Positions 24,950-39,100 of a stretch of DNA of 64,000 bases are shown one piece after another; position 1 is the stretch's first letter; each line of letters starts with the position of its first letter. The position numbers and the translations under genes are program-made. The stretch is from the human T2T-CHM13v2.0 reference genome, Homo sapiens. The DNA lies in NCBI RefSeq assembly GCF_009914755.1, contig NC_060929.1, one strand, 5' to 3'. A model generated the notes under the pieces. The model was not told where the DNA came from and did not search any database. It was given only the letters and a program-made list of their open reading frames with translations.

Positions 24950-27627
24950 CTCAGCAAAGAAATGGATTAGAGAAGAAGCAAATATAAATTTTAGGACTAA
25001 AATATTCAATAACTGAAGTGAACTTCTTATTGTATGGTTTCAATAGAAGAATGGAGATGGCCATGGAAAGAGGCAATAGACACTTGACATAGAGCAATGG
25101 AAAGCATTCAAACTAATTGGGAGAAAAATGATTGAAAAATGATAATTAAAGCAGAATTAAGTAACATGGAGACTAAAAATAACAATAAAATATCAGTGAA
25201 ACAGAGCTAGATCTTGGAATGATAAAATCAACAAAGCTTTAGCTTAGACTAACTTAGAAAAAAGACAGATGACCCAAATCAATAAAATTAGAAATGAAAC
25301 AGTGGACATTAAAACTGATAGTACAGATGTATAAAGGATCAAAAGAGACTGATGTGAGAAATTATATAACATTAGATAACCTAGAAGAAATGGATGAATT
25401 CCTAGAAATATATAACCTACCAAAACTGAATCACGAAGAAATAGGACATCTGAACAGAATACTGAGTAAGAAGATTTAATTAATAATAAAAAGTATCCTA
25501 TCAAATAAAAGCCCAGGGCCTGATGGTTTCACTGCTGAATTCTGCCAAATATTTATAGATCTAATACCAATCCATCTCAAACTCTTTCAAAAAATTGAAG
25601 AGGAGAGAACACTTCCAAATTAATTTACAAGGCCAGAATTACCCTCACACCAAAAACTGACAAGGATATTACAAAAAAGCAAAATTAGAAGCCAATGTCC
25701 CTGATGAAAATAGATGTAAAAATCTCCAACAAAATCCTAGCAAACTGAATTCAAAAGCATATTAAAAGTATCATTGACCATTCCACCCTCATCTAGTAAG
25801 ATTTATCCCAGAGATGCAAGAATGATCCAATAATGCAAATCTATAAATATAATACACCACATTAACAGAATGAAGGCCCAAAATTATATGACCATCTTAG
25901 CAGATACAGAAAAAGCATCTGACATAATTCTACAACCTTTCATAATGAAAACTCTAAAAAAAAAATAGGTATAGAAGGAATGTACCTCAACATAATAAAG
26001 GCCACATATTAAAAACCCACAGCTAACGTCATACTCTAAGGTGAAAGTTGAAAGCTTTTCTTCTAAAATCCAGAAGAAAAGGATGCTCACCTTCACTGCT
26101 TCTATTTAACATGGTACTGAAAACCTAGCTAGGGCAACTGGCAAGAGGGAGAAATTAAAACATCCAAAATAGAAAGAAGGAAATTACATTGTTCCTACTT
26201 ACAAACATATTATATAAGGAAAACTCAACTCCAATAAAACCTGTTAGAATTGATAAACAAATTCAGTAAAGTTTCAAGATACAAAAACCAACATACAAAA
26301 ACCAGTAGTGTTTCTGTATATACTAACAACACACTATCTGTAAAAAAAAATTAATAAAATAATATCATTTACATAGCTACCAAAAAATTACTTGGGAATA
26401 ACTTTAACCACACATGTGAAAGACCTGTACACTGAAATCTATAAAACATTACTGAAGGAAATACAAGTAAGCACAAATGAATGGAAAGATAACTTTTTCT
26501 CATAGATTGGAAGAATTAATACTATTAAAATCTCCTAACTACCCAAAGTGATCTACAGATTTAATATAATCCTTATATCAAACTTCCAAAGACATTTTCA
26601 CAGAAATAAAGAAATCCTAAAATCTGTGTTGAATCACAAAAGGCCCCAAATAGCAAAAGCAATCTTGAGCAAAAAGAACAAAACTGGAGGATCCACAAAT
26701 TCTAAACTCAAAATATATTATAAAGGTATAGTAAATAAAACAGCATGATACTGGCATAAAAACAGACACACAGACTAAAGAAACAGAACAGAGAGCCAAG
26801 AAATAAATCTACACATTTATGACCAATTTATCTTCAATAAAGAAGCAAAAAGCACACATTTGGGAAAAGACAGTCTCTTCAATAATTTGTGTTGGGACTA
26901 TTTAATATCCACATGCAGAAGAATGAAATTAGACTCATGTCTCATATGACATACAAAAATCAACTGAAAATATATTAAAGACTTTAATGTAAGCCTGAAA
27001 CTATAAAACTACTTGAAGAAACCATGGTGGAAATGTTCCATGACACTGGTTTGGGCAATTATTTTTTTTCGATATAAACTAAAAAGCACAGAAACTAAAA
27101 GCAAAAATGGACAAATGGAATTACATCAAACTATAAAATTTCTGCTCAGTCAAGGAAAGAATCAATAGAGTGAAAAGACAGCCTACAGCATGGGACAAAA
27201 TATTTCATAACCATAAATTTGATAAGGAGTTAATATCCAAAATATATAAGGAACTCAAATAACTCAATAGTAAGAAAACAACTGATTTAAAAATAGACAT
27301 AAAATTTAGATAGATATTTCTCAAAAGAAGATATACAAATCGTCAATTACATAAAAACAATACTGAGCAACATTAATCATCAGAGAAATACAAACTAAAA
27401 CCACTATGAGATAGCATCTCATACCAATTAAAATGGATATTATAAAAAAGATGAAAGATAAATGTTGGTGAGGATGTGGGGAAATAGAATATTGCACACT
27501 GGTGGCGTCATTGTAAACTAGTACAACTGTCCTGGAAAATGGTATCGAATTTCCTCAAAAAAAATTAAATTGCCATATGATTCAGCAATTCTACTACTGG
27601 GCATATATCCAAAGAAAATAAAATGAG

Positions 27628-27920
27628 TGTAATCCCAGCACTTTGGGAGGCCAAGGCAGGCAGATCACTTGAGTTTAGGAGTTCAAGACTACCCTGGGCA
27701 ACAAGGAAAAACACCATTTCTACAAAAAATAAAATAAAATACAAAAATTAGCTGGGCGTGGTGGTGCTTGCCTATACTCCCAGCCACTCAGGAGGCTGAG
27801 GCAGGAGGATTGACTGAGCCTAAGAGGTCAAGGCTGCAGTGAGCAGTGATTGTGCCACTGCACTCCAGCCTGCGAGACAGAACGAGAGCCTGACTCAAAT
27901 AAAAATAAAATAAAATAAAA
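27628..27920 (+). mobile_element. 5'-truncated AluJ in L1MA
   Basis: Starts at TGTAATCCCAGC, contains GAGGTCAAGGCTGCAGTGAG, ends in a (TAAAA)n tail. Confidence 0.92.
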
Positions 27921-28135
27921 TAATATAGTTGAAGAGATATCTTTACTCCCCTGTTCATTGCAGCATTACTCACAATAGCCAAGATATGGAATCTACTTAA
28001 GTGTACATCAGTGGATGAATGGATAAAGGAAATATGGCATATATTCAAAATGGCATATATTCCAGTTCAGCTCTAAAAAGGAAGGAAATATTGTCATTTG
28101 CAACAAAATGAATAAACCTGGAAGACATTATATTA

Positions 28136-28300
<165 letters not shown>

Positions 28301-29957
28301 TACATGATTGCACTTATATGTTACACCTAAAAAAGTTTAACTGAAGAAGTAGAGTAGAATAATGGTTACCTGAGGATAGGGGTGGCATGGAGTTGGGAAG
28401 ATATTGGTCAAAGTATTCAAAAATTCAGTCATATAGGAGGAATAATGTCCAGAGATACAATTCACAACATAGTGACTATTGACAATAACAATATATTACA
28501 TTCCTGAAAATTGCTAAAGGCAGACTTTGAGGGTTTTCACCAAAAAAGGATTTAATGTCATGCATATGCTAATTAGCTTGATGTAGCCATTCTTCAATGA
28601 ATACATATTTCAAAAGAGTATGTTGTACATGATAATTTTTATTTGGCAATTTAAGATAAAGTAGTATAAAATAAATAAATATAAAGAAAGCTGAATTGAC
28701 AATATGGTCATTCATTTTTGCTACATTGACAATAATGAATGACCTTCTTAGACACACAAAAAATTGGAGGGCAGAAAGATCTGGAATATTTTGAAAGTGG
28801 TAAATAAAAATGTCTATTAACTCAGGATTCTGCATTCATTGAAAATTTTCTTAAGGAGTAAAGGTAAATTAACAACTTTCTCAGATGAAAGAAAAAGAAA
28901 AATTATAGCCAACGGACCTGATCTAAAAGAATTTGTAAAGAATATCCTTAATATAGAAGGAAATGATACTGGAAAGAAATGTGGAAAATTAAGAATGAAT
29001 GGAAATGAGGCAAACAGTAAATAAACTATGTAAATACAATAGATTATTGGTCTCCTCTTGAAATCTTCAATACATGTTTGACATTTGAAACAAAAGTTGA
29101 AACATTGTCTGATGGTGTTTTTAAAATATGTGCATGCAATATATAAGACATGTATAGCATTAGGGGATAAGGTAAATACATGCCTATGATGGTAACATTT
29201 TTATATTCTAACTTAAGTATAAAAAGATTGATTTTTAAATAGGCTATGGAGAGTTTTTGCACATTTTAAAAACCCTAGAGTAACAATTAAAAACTATACA
29301 AAGAAATATATTCAAAATCACAATATACAAACTAAAGTAGAAGAAAAAAGAATGAACAAAAAATGAACAATAAAATTATAATCTATAGCCACACCATAAT
29401 TATTTCAGGTGTAAATATTCTGAAAACATCAATTAAAAACAGAACTTGTCAAAATGGATTAAAAAGCAACACCTGACACAACTCTATACTACCAACAAGA
29501 AACTCATTATAACCATAGTAACACAGGTAGGCAAAAAGCATAAGATATACCATAGTAACACTATTCAGTAGTAAGCAGGAGTGTCTATATTAATATAAGA
29601 CAAAGTAAACTTCAGAGCAAAAAATTAAATAAAAATTACCAGACAAAAAAGGAATATTTTTATTTCTTAATTCACTAACAGTAATGACAATATGTCACAG
29701 AATCTACTATTTAATTTATATCTTAGCAAATATTTTACTGGTTATTGTTAAATATTTATTTTTTATATTTATTTTTTCTTTCTTTGTCAACTAGTTATCT
29801 CTAAGAACTTTAGACAAGAATACTACTAATTAACTACCAAAAATTAATGTATCAGTCTTCAACACAATTACCAAAAAAAGCTGAATTACTCTTCTATCAT
29901 AGAGTAGCATAAAATGATAGAAATAATTAGACAAACACAAAACATTAATAAAACCAT

Positions 29958-31575
29958 TAATCAGTTCCAGTAGACTTTTGGTGGAGCTTTCTAAGTACAG
30001 AATCATATTTTCAGTGAAGAGAGTTTGACTTATTTTGCTATGTGCATACATGTATTTCTTTTTCTTGCCTGATTGCTCTGGCTAGCATGTTCAGTATCAT
30101 GTTGAGTAGGAGTGGTTAAGAGTGGGCATCCTTGTATTGTTCCAGCTCTCAAGGTGAATGATTCCAGCTTTTGCCCATTCACTATGATGTTGACTGTGAG
30201 TTTTTCATAGATGGCTTTTATTATTTTGAGGTATGTACCCTTGATGCCTAGTCTGTTGAGGGATTTTATCATGAAGGGATGTTGAATTTTGTTGAAAGCT
30301 TTTTCTGAGTCTACTGAGATGATCACTGTTTTGTGTGTTTTTAATTTTATGTAGTGAATCACATTTGTTGATTTGCACATGTTGAATCAACCTTGCATCC
30401 CAGAAATAAAGCCTGCTTGATCAAGGTGAATTAACTTTTAGATGTGCTGCTGGATGCAGTTTGCTAGAATTTTGTTGAGAATTTTTCATGTATAATCATC
30501 AAGGATATTAGCCTGAAGTTTTTTTGTTTCTTTATTTGTTTTTTGTCATATCTCTGCCAGATTTTGGTATTAGGCAATGCTGGCTTCTTAGAATTTATAA
30601 GGAAGGAGTCCCTCCTCTTTGAATATCTGAACTAGTCTCAGTAGGTTCAGAACCAGTTCTTTTTATGTATGATAGAATTAGACTGTGAATCCATCTGGTC
30701 CAGGGCTTTTACAGGTTGGTGGGTTTCTTAATACTAATTCAATTTCAGACTTTAAAATTGGCCTATTAAAGGGTTTCAATCTCTTTCTGAGTCTATCTTG
30801 AGTGATTGTGCGTTTCCAAGAATTTATTCATTTTAGATTTTTTCTTTTCTTTTTTTTTCTTTTTTTTTTTTTTTTTGAGACAGAGTCTCACTCTGTTGCA
30901 TAGGCTGGAGGGCAGTGGTGCAATCTTGGCTCACTGCAATCTCCGCCTCCCGGATTCAAGTGATTCTCCTGCTTCAGCATCCTGAGTAGCTGGGAATACA
31001 GGCATCCACCACCACGCTCAGCTAATTTTTGTATATTTAGTGGAGACAGGGTTTTGCCATGTTGGCCAGGCTGGTCTCAAACTCCTGACCTCAGGTGATC
31101 TGCTCACCTTGCCCTCCCAAAGTGCTTGAATTACAGGTGTGAGCCACTGCGCCTGGCCTTCTCTAGATTTTCTAACTTGTGTGCACAGAGTTGTTCATAG
31201 TATTCTCTGAGGTCTTTCGTATTTCTGTGGATCAGCTGTAATATCATCTTTGTCATTTCTGATTGTGTTTATTTGGCCCTTTCCGTTTTTACTTTGTTAA
31301 TCTAGCTAGCGGTCTATTACACTTATTTATTATTTTGAAAGACAAACATTTGGTTTCGTTAAACTTTTTTATTGATTTTTGCATCCCAATTTCATGATAT
31401 AAAATCAATGTACAAAAATCAGTAGCATTTTTTATATACCAATAGCATCCAGGCTGACAGTCAAACTAAGAACCCAAGCCCATTTACAACAGTCTCAAAG
31501 AAAATGAAATACCTAAGAATACAGCTAAGCATGGAGGTAAAAAATATCCACAGAAGAACTAAAAAACCCTTCAGA
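29958..31575. mobile_element. 5'-inverted L1P (PA13-16/PB class): antisense arm ~29958-31395, sense arm ~31396-31575 cut short
   Basis: Minus-strand RT peptide ([13 protein letters not shown]...QGCP). Orientation switches at ~31396 to GATATAAAATCAATGTACAAAAATCAGTAGC. Confidence 0.88.
30838..31158 (-). mobile_element. AluSx-like in L1
   Basis: Full antisense dimer with long T tail; TAGATTTT repeated on both flanks. Confidence 0.95.
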
Positions 31576-31579
31576 AAGA

Positions 31580-31894
<315 letters not shown>

Positions 31895-32715
31895 TCACAT
31901 AAAGGTTGAATATTCACGGATATACAACAGGTAAGACATACTCCTATATTGCTTTAATACAAGATGAAAAAATGATGCAGTTTAAGTTTCATCATTTTAA
32001 GTTTTCTAACTTTTAAAAGCTTTAATAGATTTTAAAAGCTTTAATCAATAAAACAAAAAATATGATTTTATTATTCAACAAGACTCAGTAAGAAAGTAAT
32101 TTAATATGCAAAAGAGAGAACCTTATTCAAGGTTGGCCTTATCTTTTGATCCACAAACATTGCTAGTGCCTTCAACTGGCATACTTTTGCATAAATAAAC
32201 TGCAATTCAGAACTGATTAGTATTGCAATTAGGAAGGCAAATTACTGTAAATTGTTCTTTGAATATAATATAAACAGATGGCATACGTGTTACACACAAC
32301 GTTTTTGTAAAAAGAGATACCTAATTAGTCTCTTCATTATAAATATTCTTTCATTAGGTATCTAATGAGTAAAAGTAATGTAAATGTACATAATGCTGCA
32401 AAGATTCCCATAGTACAAAATAGAGAAGGTGGGTGTTCAAGCTATATGTAATCATATATAAACCATACAAAATGCATATGGTTTGTCATACAAGCCAGGA
32501 TAAAAAACAAGTGCTTGCAATACAGATATTAATAAAAACAGACCTATTAATATTTCAGAACTAGAAAAAATAGTATTACCTCGGATATTGAACTGCTCAG
32601 GACAGCAGATATTCAATTGGTTTATTTAATTCCATGTGTTTCTGAAAATCATGCAAATTTCGTAAAAACTATTTCTAGTCAAAAACTTCCATTTTAATTA
32701 AAAAGACATAGTTGT

Positions 32716-33014
32716 GGCCAAGTGCGGTGGCTCACACCTGTAATCCTAGCACTTTGGGAGGCCAAGGTGGGTGGATCACGAGGTCAGGAGTTCAAGACCA
32801 GCCCAGCCAAGATGGTGAAACAGTATCTCTACTAAAAATACAAAAATTAGCTGGGTGTGGTGGCGGGCACCTGTATTCCCAGACACTCAGGAGGTTAATA
32901 CAAAGAACTGCTTGAATCCAGGAGGCAGAGTTTGCAGTGAGCCAAGATCGCGCCACTGCACTCCAGCCTGGGCAACAGAACGAGACTCCATCTCAAAAAA
33001 AAAAAAAAAAAAAA
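32716..33014 (+). mobile_element. AluSg-like
   Basis: GGATCACGAGGTCAGGAGTTCAAGACC and a poly(A) tail. Confidence 0.95.
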
Positions 33015-33117
33015 GAGAGACACTTGTATTTCTTTTCATAATTATAAAGTAAACCTATGATGAAGACAGAAGGCTTTTAAAAATTAGAATTTTTCTTCAT
33101 TTAAAAAAGAACATAGG

Positions 33118-33420
<303 letters not shown>

Positions 33421-33699
33421 GAACATAAAATTGTATAATTCAATTATTTCTTATAAACATTAGTTATTATATTTCGTCAGACTCAAGCAGTGAATATATT
33501 TTTCCTGCATATCTGAGTCAGTAGGTGATATAGATTGTTTTTGGTTTTCTAATCCACCAAACCTGGGTGTTTTTATAATGAAATATAGAAAAGATCTTTT
33601 TGACCAACTAATTTGTAATGTGAGAAATATAAAAATGTGTGATAAAATGTCTTTTCAATGTATGTCTAATACTAATTAAAATGCAACTGAATACAACTT

Positions 33700-34445
33700 T
33701 AAACAATGTTTTAATTGTGAGTTATGAAGTATTTTTAAAACAAAGGCAAAATAAACCCAAATACAAAAAATAACACATTTGTATATTTACTTCAGAATTT
33801 TTTTAAGAAATAAAATATCACAAATGATTTAAAGTTTTCCTAATCATTTCATTTTTCCACCTCCCCTTCCTCTGCCACAGTTAATACATCTTCTTCCAAT
33901 AAATGGTTGTAAGAAATCTGCAGCATATATACAGATCTATAGGCAATGCAGTAGTGTTTTTTTTCCCCAATAATAAGTTGTGTAACATTTAAATTCTTCT
34001 AATTTTCTTTCTTTTTCATCAGCATACTGCTGTTAAGATTTATCTGTATTAACAAACATACCTGATTTATCCATTTTGACTGTATTATAGAAATAAATTA
34101 TGGTAAAATGGTAATGTTTCTTTATACATTTCATTATATTTGGATATTTGTTTCAAAGTGGGTCCCATTAAACATATATTGAAATAAAAATGCATCTATA
34201 TATGTATTTGTACACAAATTCAGGGTTATCCCTTTGGGGTATATACCTTTGACTGCTGCTTTATAGAATATGTTCATCTTTACCTTCACAAAGTCATGCC
34301 AAAAAATTTTCCAGAGAAATCCAATTATCTTATACATGTGTTAAATAATGTGGTAAGATTTTCTTTCAATAGACTTGTTAACAATTGGTACTATATGATT
34401 ATCTAATTTGTGCAAAATTGAAGTGTGTGAAATAGTATCTCATTG
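33700..34445 (-). mobile_element. Old L1ME-type remnant
   Basis: TTAAGATTTATCTGT...TTTGGGGTATATACC...GTGAAATAGTATCTCATTG. Confidence 0.6.
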
Positions 34446-34454
34446 AGAATAGGC

Positions 34455-34743
34455 TTTTTTTTTTGAGACGGTGTCTTGCTCAGCCGCCCAGACTGGAGTG
34501 CAGTGGTGTGATCTCAGCCCACTACAAACACCGTCTCCCGGGATCAAGCAATTCTCCAGTCTCAGACTCTTGAGTAGCTGGGATTACAGGCATGTGCCAT
34601 CATGCCTGGCTAATTTTTGTATTTTGGTAGAGACGGGGTTTCACCATGTTGGCCAGACTGGTCTTAAACTCCTGACCTCAGGTGATCCACCCGCCTCGGC
34701 CTCCCAAAGTGTTGGGATTACAGGTGTGAGCCACTGCACCTGG
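34455..34743 (-). mobile_element. AluSx/Sq-like
   Basis: Antisense dimer. TSD GAGAATAGGC at 34445-34454 and 34744-34753. Confidence 0.95.
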
Positions 34744-34837
34744 GAGAATAGGCCAATTTTTATATTTTTATTTTATATATTGCTTTGTCTTTTTTAATAT
34801 TTATATTTTTAGATTGTTACATATATGAGATATGTAG

Positions 34838-35159
<322 letters not shown>

Positions 35160-35906
35160 GAATGCAGCTTACTTATTTCTTGTTCTCATAGTGTCTGATG
35201 CTATAGAATTTGAAATTTCTAATTTAATCTTTCAATAGATAGATAATTGTTTTTTATAATAATGGTTTTCAAACTGGCATAAGCCTTTAGGAAAATAATG
35301 ACTTAAGGTACTTTTAATCAAAGTGCGCTTTCAGTCAGTTTTACATAATTTTATTCTGCAAAATAAGTAGATACCTTACCCTTTGGTGCTTAATTTGATC
35401 ATATTATCAAAAGAAAGGTAAAGCAGAATATTTAATCTAAATCTAAATACTTAGGTCTGGTTTGTCCCAAGGACAACTTTTTAATTCATGTCTTATCTGT
35501 AGCCACTTCCCTTATATAACGCAAGGGAACGAATCACATATTGCAGCTTAATTCCTAGCTTACTTCATCTCTTCTCTAATCTTCCTGCCTAAAAATAGAG
35601 CTCAAAGAAGCACAAGATGCATGTGTGGCAGAAAATGATTAAAGAATCATGTGAGGCCCTGCTGACACTGGCATTAGAATCAGTGTACTTCCCCTTCAAG
35701 TGAATGACTTTGATATTTCTGCATTGCAATATTACTTAATACTCAAAGAAGAAACCTCAAAATTTCCATAGCACTGATTCCCTTTGAAATATAGCGATAA
35801 GAGCTTCAAATATTAAGTACAAATTATTCCAGAATGATTCTATCAGAGAGGTATAAAATGATCCTCTTATTGCTACTACAGGCTGCTAGATTAATTTTAT
35901 GCATAT

Positions 35907-36130
35907 ATGAATTGGTCAGAGTTCTCCAGAGAAACAGGACTAACAGGATACACATACACAAACACATATGAACACAACTCACACACAGAGAGAAGGGGGG
36001 GGATTATTTTAAGGAATTGGCTTATATGATTATGGGGATGGCAAGTCTGAAAACTGCCAGGTAGGTCAGCAGGCTGGAGACACAGGGAAGAGCTGATATT
36101 GCAGTCTCTAGTACAAGTGGCGACTGGACT
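35907..36130 (-). mobile_element. MLT2D-like ERVL LTR, first part
   Basis: GTTCTCCAGAGAAACAG...TTTAAGGAATTGGCT...GCAGGCTGGAGACACAGGGAAGAG. Confidence 0.85.
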
Positions 36131-36133
36131 TTG

Positions 36134-39100
36134 AGGAGGGAGCCAAGATGGCCAACTACACACAGCCAGTAAGAGTTTCTCCTACTAAGAGAGACCATAC
36201 TATCAAGTAGACTGGCACACTCCAAACAGGTATTTGGAAAGAAGGCACTGAGAATTAGTGGAGGGAAAACGCAGACCCTAGGCTGAAAGCAGAGGAACCC
36301 AGGAATCCTGCATGGGGTTAGTGAGCACCAGGACTCATTCCTGCCTTGAAGAGCTCTTGAGAAAGGGGTGGGTCAAATAGGCATGGAGTGGCCCAGTCTT
36401 GTCACTGACCTCTGGAATCCTTGCTGCAGGAAAACACATGACTCCCACAGATATTTGAACTAGCAGGGAGATCTGCTCAGCGAGTTGCCAGAGACAGAAC
36501 TCCAGGCTGCATGGAGTCCAGAGGGTTTCGCCCGGGAGTGGCTATAGTGGAGAACAGTCATAGACGCTGATTTCTCAATGCTTGCCATGTTCCTCTAAGG
36601 ACGCTTAGCCCTTTGTTGCCTGTCAGATCTGGGCAGGGCAAGGTTATCTTGCCCATGGGAAGAGGCCAGTCTGATCTGAGCACCACCTTTTCTGCCAGCC
36701 TATCCAAGAGTCACTGCCTGGCCATGCCTGCTTGCAGTGTGGCCTCAGCTGCCCAGCAGAGGAGCTTGCCATGGTCACAGCTCTTTTGCCAACAGACCCT
36801 ACCTAAGAGTCAGAGAGCTTCTGCAGGCAGTCCCCTGCAGGTGGAAAACCACCCACAGCCTTCCCCTGTCAGCACACAATTGCCCAGAGTCTCACCCTGC
36901 TGCTTCACCAGTGCACACTCACTTGCAGCCTCTCTCTGCTCCTTCACTGCATTTGCACATGGAGACTCCCACTACCCACTGGACCCCCACTGAAGTGCTT
37001 TTGCTGGCATCCCTCATTGGAGTGTTGTGGTCAGTGGATTGTGAACACCTTGGCCCCTTCAGTACAGTCAGTGCTTAACCTTGAGGGACCAGAGAAAAAA
37101 TTTGCAAGCCTAGTCCCAGTCACCAAGGGTGAGAGCATGACACCCAGGGAGGGCTGAGCTGAGCCTTTGCCTCCTGAAATCATACGGAAACAAAGCCAAT
37201 TGACTAAACCCAACTTATATACAGTTAACCCCCAAAGGTATCAAAGAATATAAATCAAAATGCCCTACCCAAAGGACAGCAACTTCAAAGATTAAAGGAA
37301 CATCGGCTCACATTGGTGAGGAAGAATCCGTGCCAGAACTCTGGCAACTCTAAAAGCCAGAATGTCCTCTAACCTCCAAACAACTGTACTAGCTTTCCAG
37401 CAATGGTTATTAATCACACAGAAATGGCTGAAATGACAGAAATAGAATTCATAATCTAGATGGAAATGAATCTAGAAATTCAAGGGAAAGTTGAAACCCA
37501 ATCCAAGGAATCTAAGGAATCCAATAAAGTGATAAATTTTCAGAAAGAAATAGAAAGAAATTATCAGAAATAGAAATGTCTATTTTCAGATATACATTTC
37601 CATAAAGAACCAAAGTGATCTAAAGCTGAAAAAACTCACAACCAGAATTTCATAATACAATTGGAAGTGATAACAGCAGAATTGACCAATCTGAGGAAAG
37701 AATCTCAGAGCTCAAAGACTAGTTATTTGAATTGAGACAAAAATTTTTAAAAATTAATGAATAAAACCTCTGAGAACTATGAGATTATGTAAAGAGACAA
37801 ACCTATGCCTCATTGGTATCCCAGAAAGAGAGGGAGAGAGAACAAGAAACTTGGAAAACATATTTAAGAATATTTTCCACAAAAATTTCCCCAAACTCGC
37901 CAAAAAGGTCAACATACAAATTCAGGAAATTCAGAGAACTTCAGCAAGATCATATACAAGACAACCATCCCCAAAACAAATAGTTATCAGATTCTTCAAT
38001 GTCAATGTTAAAGAAAAAATTTAAAGGCAGCTAGAGAAAAGGCACATGTCATGTATAAAAGGAACCAGATCAGGCTAAGAGGGGACAGTTCAGCAGAAAT
38101 CTTACAAGACAGAAGATTCTGGGGGCCTATATTTAGCAACATTAAAGGAAAGAAATTTCAACCAAGAATATCCTATTCAGCTAAATTAAGTTTTATAAGC
38201 AAAGAGAAATAAAATCCTATTTAGACAGGCAAATGCTAAACGAATTTTTTTCTACCAGACCTGCCTTATAAGAGGTCCTTAAGAGAGTGCTAAACATGGA
38301 AACAAAAGACTCTTACCTGAAACTGCAAAAACACACTTAAGTACATAGCCCACTGACGCTATAAAACAACTCTACAGTGTACGTCACAACCAGCTAACAA
38401 CATGATGACGGGATTACAAACTCACATAATACTGACATTGCACATAAACAAGATAAATGCCCCAAGTAAAAAGGCACAGAGTGGCAAGCTGACTAAAGAA
38501 CTAATACCCAACTGTATGCTGTCTTCAAGAGATTCATCTCACATGCAATGACAACCATAGGCTCAAAGTAAAGGGATGGAGAAAGATCTATCAAGCAAAT
38601 GGAAAATAAAAGAGAACAGAGGTTGCTATTCTTTTTTCAGGAAAAAAAAAATTTAAACCAATAATGATCAAAAAGGACAAAGAAAAGCATTAGAAGAGCA
38701 TTATAAAATGATAAACTGTTCAATTCAACGAGATGACTTAACTATCCTAAATGTAAATCCACTAAATACTGGAACACCCAAACTCATAAAATAGTTCTTA
38801 GAGATCTATTAAGAGACATAGATAACCACACAATTATAGTGGGAGACTTCAACACCCCTAGACAGATCATCAAGGCAGAATACTAACAAAGATACTAGGG
38901 ACCTAAATTTGACACTTGACCAAATAAACCTAACATACATCTATAGAACACTCCACCCAACAACAACAGAAAATACATTCACCTAACTGCACACGGCACA
39001 TACTCTAAGATTGAATGCATGCTCAGCCATAAAGGAATTCCTTATAAATTCCAAAAAAAAAAATGGAAATCACAACTACACTCTCAGACCACAGTGCAAT

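Noticed and set aside
32011-32045. TTTTAAAAGCTTTAAT tandem duplication (similar ones at ~14567-14602 and ~17577-17612)
   Set aside because: Ordinary slippage-type microduplications.
36613-37078. Overlapping 126-aa and 113-aa ORFs
   Set aside because: They lie in the GC-rich L1 5'UTR where stops are rarer, start at non-ATG codons and show no recognisable domain.
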